Shown here in pieces: positions 35,301 through 44,300 of a stretch of 54,867 nucleotides of DNA (position 1 is the first letter of the stretch; the number at the start of each line of letters is the position of its first letter). The stretch covers positions 1 through 54,867 of the IMG/VR virus record IMGVR_UViG_3300043434_000561. One strand, given 5' to 3'. The notes beneath the pieces were generated by a model. The model made no database searches. It had not been told where the DNA came from and saw only the letters and a list, made by a program, of their open reading frames with translations. A program made the translations under genes and the position numbers. The DNA is from a virus (taxonomy: Duplodnaviria > Caudoviricetes).

Positions 35301-38300
35301 GATGGCACTCAAGCCACTCAAACCGAGCAAGCAGAAGCGCAAGGACAGGAAGCGCCTGCCAACACAAGCGTAACGCAAAGTCCGTTAAATCCTGAGTGGA
35401 ATCGCTTTACTTACAAAAGCGTTACGGTCGATTTTGCAACATCGCCAAACAACAAAGCTATTTCCGTTTACGACATAATTTCGTCAAGCCGCAGGTCTGG
35501 TGAAGCTAGAGAGGCTTTGCTCGAGCTAAAAAAGCGATACGAAACACTGCAAGCTGAGGGTGTGGTGGAGGATTCTGCCGAGGCAATCGCGTTCTGGCAG
35601 AGAATGTTAGACGAAGGCATAGCCGACAAGGCTGTGTTAACCGATGGCCGAACACTCGAGAAGGCACGTACACCCGCAGAGCTACAGCCAACTCAGACCG
35701 CCGCTGCCGTCAACGCACAATTTTCAAACAACAAGATCTTCACGGCCGACAAGGTTGAGGCCGCCCGCGCTCGCCTGAAATCCAAGCTGTCGCAGCTAAA
35801 CAGCGGAATCGACCCCGAGGTGATGATCGACGGCATGACGATTGCCGGAGCCTACATCGAGGGAGGCGTGCGCGAGTTCTCGGCATACGCCAAGGCGATG
35901 GTCGCGGACTTTGGCGACGCCATCAAGCCCTACCTGCTGTCGTTCTACGAGGGCGCCCGCAACTACCCTGGTTTGAACACGGAAGGCATGTCGAGCGTGG
36001 ATGACGCCAAGCGCATGCACTCCGGAATGATTACGCCTGCCGACACGCAGATCGAGGCAGTGGGCGAGATTGCCCAGAAGCCCGCCAAGCGCACCAAGAA
36101 AACCGGCGCGAAATCCGACATGACGCTGACCCAGGATTGGGGCGTCGATGCGATCAACGGATACAGCGACGACTACAACCGCGAGACCGGCAACACCGTC
36201 AAGGATGCTTTCCTCAAAGAGGCACGATCCTATCTGACCGCAGTAGCCGGTGTGCTGACAGAGCAGGGCTACACGCCTTACACGGACGCCAAGGGCCGAC
36301 CGGAAAAGATGGTGTCGGTCAACGAAAGCGGCATTGCCGGCAGTGGCGAGGTTACCCTGACTCTGGCCGGGCCCGATGGAATTGGCGCTTATGTCCACAT
36401 CTCCGAGTCCTCGCTTCGCGGTGTCGTGCCCACGACGCCAAGCGGCATTGCCATCATGTTCCGCGCTGCCAAGGAAGGCGACAAATTTGGTGGCAAAGGC
36501 CAGAACCGTTGGGCACCCGTTGACCTATCGGCAGCGGACCTCGCCGCGCTGGTAGATAAAACCGTCAAGGCAGAGGTGGCAAATGCCGCCAGACAGCCTA
36601 CAATCCCGCAAGGAGAACCGAGAAATGCAAACACTCCACAACCCGAAGGCGTACCCGCCGGAGATCCGCGAGGCGCTCAAGACAATGCCGCCGTTGGCGA
36701 TAGAAATCGCGAACAGATGGATCTTGGGCTGGCCGCAGGCGGTCAAGGAACTACTGAAAGCGGGCAGGTACCTGGAAGCGCTCAAGGCGCAGGAACGGGA
36801 GGAACGGGACGTGCTCAGCAGGCCGGGCAACAGCCACCTGGCGAGACACGAGATCGTGCAGGAGTACGGGCTGAGTCTGAGCCCACCGGAAGTGACACCG
36901 ACTTCGTAATCGACGCCGAGGACATCGGCAAAGGCGGTCTCACCAAAAAGTACCGCGACAACGTAGGCGCCATTCGCATCCTCAAGGCCATGGAAGCCGA
37001 GGGCAGGGTGGCGACCCCGGACGAGCGCAAGCAGCTTGCCAAGTATGTCGGATGGGGCGCCATGAAAGGCCCGTTCGACCCAGACAATAAGCAGTGGGCC
37101 AAGCAGCATGCCGAGCTCAAGGAGCTTTTAACGGACGCCGAATTTCGGGCCGCCCGCAAATCGACGCTTGACGCGCATTACACCAGCCCGATTGCCGTCG
37201 GCGCGATGTATGACGCCATGGCACGCCTGGGCTTTAACGGCGGTCGCGTGCTCGAGCCTTCCGTCGGTGTCGGCAACTTCTTTGGCCTGATGCCGGCCGC
37301 GATGCGCAATGCCTCGCAGCTTTTTGGTGTCGAGCTTGACTCGCTCACAAGCCGCATGGTGGCGGCGCTCTACCCCAAGGCCAACGTCGCCAAGGCCATC
37401 GGCTTTGAGGACTTCCAGATCCCGTCCGGCTATTTCGATGCCGTGATCGGCAATCCCCCCTTCGGCAGCCAGCCGCTTGTGGACTCCGAGCGCAGCCCGT
37501 ATTCGGGTTTCTCGATCCACAATTACTTCCTGGCCAAGGGCATCGACAAGCTGCGGCCAGGCGGCATCATGCAGGTTGTTGTGTCTCACAACTTCCTCGA
37601 TGCCAACGATGGACGCGCCCGCAAGTGGATCTCCGAGCGTGCCGACCTGATTGCAGGCGTGCGACTGCCCAACACGGCTTTCCAGGAAAACGCCGGAACG
37701 CAGGTTGTCACCGATATCTTGATCTTTCAAAAGCGCGAGCCTGGCGCAGCCGCCAAAAATTTATCGTGGGTCAATGTCGGCAACCAGACCAACACCAACC
37801 CCAAGACGGGCGAGACGGCCACTCACAAGGTCAATCAGTTCTTTATCGCCAATCCGCAGTTTGTCCTCGGCACCCCGTCGGCTGGCGGCACCATGTACAC
37901 AGCCAACGAGTACACGGTCGAGCCCAGTGGCGACTTGAAAGAGCAGCTTTCCGGGTGGGTCAAAACCATCCCTGAGAACGTCTATGCGCCGGTCGAGCGC
38001 AAGCCGGAAGCCATCACCGATATGGCCGTCCCGGACGGCATCAAGGTCGGATCGTTCTACGTGGACGCCAGCGGCGAGATCATGCAGCGCGGCGAAGATG
38101 TCATGGGCAACAAGACCACAAACCCATGGACCGCGCCAAACGCCAAAGCAGCCGAGCGCATGAAGGGCCTGATCGCTTTGCGCGAAGCCCTGCGCACGCA
38201 GATGCGCCTCGAGCGCTCGCTGGACTCGACGGAGGCCGCCATCGAGGCCAACCGGGCCGACTTGAACCGGCTCTATGACGCCTTCCTGAAAGCGCATGGC

Positions 38301-41300
38301 CACATCAACAGCCAGATGAACCGCAGGATCTTCCTCGACGATACGGAAGCCCAACTCGTTCAAGCGCTTGAGTTCGACTACGACAAGGGCATCAGCAAGG
38401 CCGTAGCCGAGCGTGAAGGCATCGAGCCCCGGGAGCCGAGCGCCACCAAGGCCGACATCTTCCAGCGCCGTGTCGCGTTCCCGCCGCAGGACTTTTTGAC
38501 CGTCAGCACCGCAAAAGACGCCTTGCTCGCCTCGTTGAACTATCGCGGCAAGGTGGACATGGCCTACATGGCCGAGGTCTACGGCAAGACCGACAAGGAG
38601 ATCTTCGACGAGCTCGGAGACGTTGTGTACGACGATCCGCTCTCGGGCATTGTGACGGCAGACGAGTATCTGTCGGGCGACGTTAAAACCAAGCTGGCCG
38701 AGGCGAAAGCCGCCGGAGCGAAATACCAGCGCAACGTCGAGGCGCTCGAGAAGGTCATCCCGGTAGACAAGAAGCCCTCCGAAATCTCGGTGAGCATCGG
38801 CGCGGCCTTTGTGCCGGCCGATGTCTATGAGCAGTTCGTCAAGCATATCTCGGGTGGCGAGGCCAAAGCGGCCTACGTGAAGGCGACCGGCCAGTGGGTC
38901 ATGTCGTTTACCGGCCAGACCGAGCCAGCGCTCAATGTCGGCAAGTTTGGCACCGATCAACTCTCGGCCCAGGATCTATTCCAGCTCAGCATGTTGGGCC
39001 GTGGCGCCGTGGTCAAGAAAACCATTCGCAATGCGGACGGTTCGACAACCACGATCCTCTTGGAAAAGGAAACCGAGGCCGCCCGCGAGAAGCAAAACGC
39101 CATTAAGGCCGAGTGGCAGTCCTGGCTTTGGAACGATGCAGCCCGCGCCGACCTGATCGCTTCGACCTACAACGACAAGATGAACCGGATTGTCGAGCGC
39201 AAGTATGACGGCTCGCACATGACGTTCCCAGGCATGAACCAGGCCATCAAGCTGTTGGAGCACCAGAAGAACGGTGTTTGGCGTGGGTTGCAGTCCTACC
39301 AGGTTCTCTACGATCACGTGGTTGGCGCCGGTAAGACCTTCGAGATGGCGACCCTCGCCATGGAGATGCGCCGCTTAGGCATTGCCCGCAAGCCTGTATT
39401 TGTGGTGCCGAACCACCTGACCCTGCAATGGCGCAGCGAGTTCACGCGCCTGTATCCGGGCTCCAACGTCCTGGCCGCAACGCCGGAGGATTTCTCCAAG
39501 GACAACCGCGAGCGCCTGTTCTCCAAGATCATCACCGGCGACTGGGATGCTGTCGTGATCGGCCATTCCTCGCTTAAGAAGATCGGCCTGCCGGAGGCAA
39601 CCGAGAAGGCTGTGCTGCAAGAGCAGATCGACGAGGTTGCTGCGGCCATCGAGGACATGAAGCGCCAGCGCGGCGACCGCAATATCATCCGCGATATGGA
39701 GGGCATCAGATCCCGGCTTGAAGCCCGGATGAAGGAGAAGCTCTCGGCTATCGGCAAGCGCTCGAAGGTCGTGACCTTCGATGAGCTCGGCCTCGATGCC
39801 ATGTTTGTGGACGAGATGCACGAGTTCAAAAACCTGTCCTACAACTCGACGATGGACCGCAACCCAGGCATGGGCAACCCGAACGGATCGGCCAAGGCTT
39901 TCGACCTGTTCGTAAAGGTCCGTTGGCTGTTCGACACCTTTGGCGAAAAGACGCCATTCATCACGGCGACCGGCACGCCAGTCTCGAATTCGCTGGTCGA
40001 GATGTACAACATGCAGCGCTACATGCAGTACCCAACCCTCAAGCGCGAGGGCCTGCATGTGTTCGATGCCTGGGCCAAACAGTTTGGCAGCGTCGAGAAC
40101 GTCTACGAGGTTGCGCCTTCCGGCAGCGGCTACCGCCAATCGACCCGGTTTGCCAAGTTCACCAACCTGCCGGGATTGATGAGCCTTTATAACTCCTTTG
40201 CCGACACGATCACGCTGGACGATCTCAAGGCTCAGGAAGAAGCCCAGGGCAAACGCTTTCCGGTTCCCAAAATGGTTGGCGGAAAGCCCCAGATCGTCGT
40301 GGCACAGCGTTCGCCTGCCGTCTCGAACCTGATGGGCGTTCCTACGGCCGAGACCGACGAAGCCGGAAATATCAAGTTCCTGGCCGATTTGAACGGCCAA
40401 ATCCTGATCGAGCAGAAGCCCGACACCGGCAAGTGGACCGCCAAGGTGGGCGAGTCTTATCTCGGGGAGTTTGAGACCGAGCAGGACGCCCGCATGAAGA
40501 TCGTCGAGCGGGCTGTGACGCCAGAGGTCAAGGTCGATCCCGAGTCGATCCTGGGCCGCTTTGGACGCCTGCGCGAGCTCACCAAGGAAACCAAGGGCAA
40601 GGTCAACGCCTTGTCGCTAACGGGCGAGGCCAACAAGGCCGGTCTCGACTATCGCCTGGTCAACCCTGCCGCGCCTGACTTCCCTGGCTCGAAGATCAAC
40701 CTGGCCGTGGATAACATGGTCCGGATTTACAAGCAGTGGGCCGGCGACAAGGGCACCCAACTGGTGTTCTGCGACCTGTCGATTCCGCTGTCTGCCCGCG
40801 CCAGCTATTCCAGCAAGGCCCGTCGCCTGTATGTGCGTGACGATGCCGGTTCGCTTGAGATGAAGCGCGGCACCATGCACACGCTCGAGGGGCAGGAGAG
40901 CCTGCCGTACTTCGTGGTGCAGCGGGGCGAGAAAGACCTCAAGCGGTTTGACGTTTACGACGCCGCCTCGGGCCGCCTGGTGGGCCGCGACTTCCGCGCC
41001 AAGCAAGATGCCATCGACGACGCCAACGCCAGGTTGGCCGACGAGAACCGCCGCCAGGCCTGGATCAACCAGCGCGAAACCGCTGGCGAGATCACGCAGG
41101 AAGCAATCGACGAGTACAACAACGACAACGACATCGAGGCCGACGGCATCGAGGCGTTTACCCGCGAGGACATTGCGGGCGTGTCGGGCGCCGCAAAATT
41201 CTCGGTCTACGATGACATCAAGGCCAAGCTGATCGCCAAGGGCATCCCCGAGCGCGAGATCGCTTTTATTCACGACTATTCGACACCCGCCGCCAAGGAC

Positions 41301-44300
41301 AAGCTATTCAAGGCCGTCAATTCCGGCGAGATCCGCTTCCTCTTGGGCTCCACTCCCAAAATGGGAGCCGGTACGAACGTCCAGAAGCGCCTGGTTGGCC
41401 TGCATCACATCGATGCGCCCTGGCGTCCAAGCGATCTTGAGCAGCGCGAAGGCCGGATCATTCGCCGCGGCAACGAGCTCTACGAGCGCAACCCCGACGG
41501 GTTTGAAGTGTTCATTGGCCGCTATGCTACTGAACAGACCTACGACACCCGCCGCTGGCAGATCCTCGAGCACAAGGCCCGTGGCATCGAGCAGCTTCGA
41601 AACTTCGACGGCTCAATTAACGAGATCGACGACATCGAGGGCGAGGCCGCCAACGCAGCCGACATGAAGGCGGCCGCTTCCGGCGATCCGCTGATCCTCG
41701 AGGAAACCCGCCTCAAGAACGACGTGCGCCGCCTCGAGCAGTTGCAGGCCGCTCACGCCGATGACGTTCTGGCCATGAACCGCAAGGCCAAGAGCGCCGA
41801 CGAATACGCCAAGGTCTCGGGTCCGCGCCAGTTGAAAGAGGTTAATGAGCTGATCGAGACGGTCAAAAAGAACCCCCTCGACAAGGAAGGGTTTGCACCC
41901 ATTACCGTGGACGGCAAGAAGTTTGCCGACAAGGAGAGCGCCCAGAAGGAAATCTTCGATGCGATGTCGCTGGTCCGGTCCAATCTGCGCCGCGAAGCAT
42001 CGATTGTTTACCGTGGCATCGAGTTCAATCTCTCGATTGGCTACGGAACGACGGTTGTTGCCGACTCTCCCACCGGAAACATCGGAACGTGGACCGCAGC
42101 CGAACCATTCTCGTCGAGCGGCTTTGTGCAGCGGATGGCCAACTACGCCAACCGCCTTCCATCGATGGCCGATAGCGTCAAGGACAACATCGAGAAATCC
42201 GCCCGTGACGCGGTAGCGCTGCGCGAGCAGGCCAAGGCTCCCTTCCAGCAAGCCGCAGATCTTGAAGCCACCCGCGAGGAATACAAGAAAGTGCAGCGTG
42301 CGCTCTTGGCCAAGGGTCCGGCAGTGCCGGAAAGCCAAAAGCCTGCGGTTGCCGCCGGTATCCAGGCCCAGAAGGCAAGGCTCGAGGCTCTCGGCTTTGG
42401 CGAGCAGCTCCGCGAGTTCTTCGACAACACCGAGGGCGAGGTTCGCTACTCGGTGCGAGACGACGGCTTGACCGAGGCTGAGTTTGGCCCGGTTTACACT
42501 GGACTTGACACTCCGGCAGCGATTGACCGCCTGATGGGCAATCAGTCGGGCGAGGCGATTGTCTCCCGTCCCGACCTTGGCGAGATCAGCTTGGTCTACG
42601 GCAACGGTAATGCCGGGTTGAAACACATCACCGCCCGCCATGGAAACGACATTCTGAACCGCCTGCCTGACCTTCTCGCCAACGGCAAGGTCTACACCAA
42701 GGACGGCCAGGCAAACCGGGTCTTTATTGGCAACGAGCGCGACGAGGCCGTGATTCGCCTCGACTGGAACGGCCAGGCTAAGACCTGGCTCCTGTCGGCT
42801 TACGAGAAATACCCCAACCTGAAAGCAGGGCAGGGGGCCGAAGTCTCCCGCCGTTCGCAGACAGTGGCCGAGCGCACGTCGGCTGGCTTGACGGCGGCAG
42901 GCGCCCGCCAGGCCGTGACGACCGGCATTGTCGGCCCCGTCATTAGCCGCCTGATCGACAACGGAAGTATCGTGCTGCACCAAACCACCAAGACCCTGCC
43001 GAAGGGAATTGGCGGCAACGTGCGCGGCATCCAAGCTGTCACGACACCAGACGGCAAGGTTCACCTGGTCGCCAGTGCCGTGACCCAACAGACGGCCCGC
43101 GCCGTTATGCTGCACGAGATGTTCCACAAGGGCGGCGAGCGACTGATCGGTTCGGTCGAGTGGAGCAAGCTCATGGGCCGCCTCGGCACACTCTACCGCC
43201 AGAGCGAGCAATCGACCGGACGCGCCCGTGAATTCTTTGACCGGGCCAGAGCCCGCGTGGCAGCCGCCAAGCGTCAGGGTGCCGTTGCGACCCGCATGGA
43301 GGTTGAGGAATTCGCAGCCTACGCCATCGAGGAATACGAGCGTGCGCCTCAAAGCCTGCCCGCTGCGATCCGCAAATGGGTTGAGGACTTAATCGGGCTG
43401 GTCAAGTCCTGGATGGTCAAGAGCTACGGCAAGCAGCTTGGCCAAGTGACGCCGGCGCAGTTGGCAGCCTTCGCCAAGTTCGCCGTCATGGACATGGCCG
43501 CCGAAAGGCGAAAGGAGATGTTTGGCCCGGTCGGGATGATGTTCTCCGCTGCCGATCCGATCAATTCTCCGGCCTTCAAGCGCTGGTTTGGTAAATCGAA
43601 GGTGGTGGACGCCAATGGCAAGCCGCTTGTGGTTTATCACGGCAGCCCGAGCGAGTTTTACAAGTTCGACCCCTATGCCTCAATGGACGGCGGCTTCTAC
43701 TTCACAGGAGACCGACGCCTTGCAGAGTCGTTTTCCAAGGACGAAGCCGGCGAGCGCATTACCCTGCATGAGGTGTACCTGAGTCTACAGAACCCCAAGA
43801 CAATTGACCTGCGCGGCGAGCAGCAGCCAGACCAAGACGCCATGCGCTCCATGTTTGAGCAGGCCAAGTCGGATGGGCATGACGGAGTTGTGTTGCTCAA
43901 TGTGCGCGAGTTTAACGGCACTGGAACGCAATACGTCGCCTTCCGCCCCGAGCAGATCAAATCCGCCATCGGCAACGACGGCAGCTTTGACCCGACGAAC
44001 CCAGACATTCGCTATTCGGTGAGCCCTGAGCAGGCCGACGCCATGATCGACGAGGCAAGCAAGGCGCTCGACGAGACCGGCCCGGCTGCCAAGGAGGACT
44101 ATATCGGGCGCGTGGTGGGCGACATGTCCCTGGGTGCCCGCCTGATTGTGCATCCAAGAACGGTTGCCGCTGTTCACCCGGAGTTCACGCCGGTCTACCG
44201 CACCGCCATCTCGCAGATGGAAACCCGTGACGAGATCATTGCGGACCTAGGCAAAGACGTAACGGCCTACCACCAGCTTCCGCAGGCCAGCAAAGAGAAT

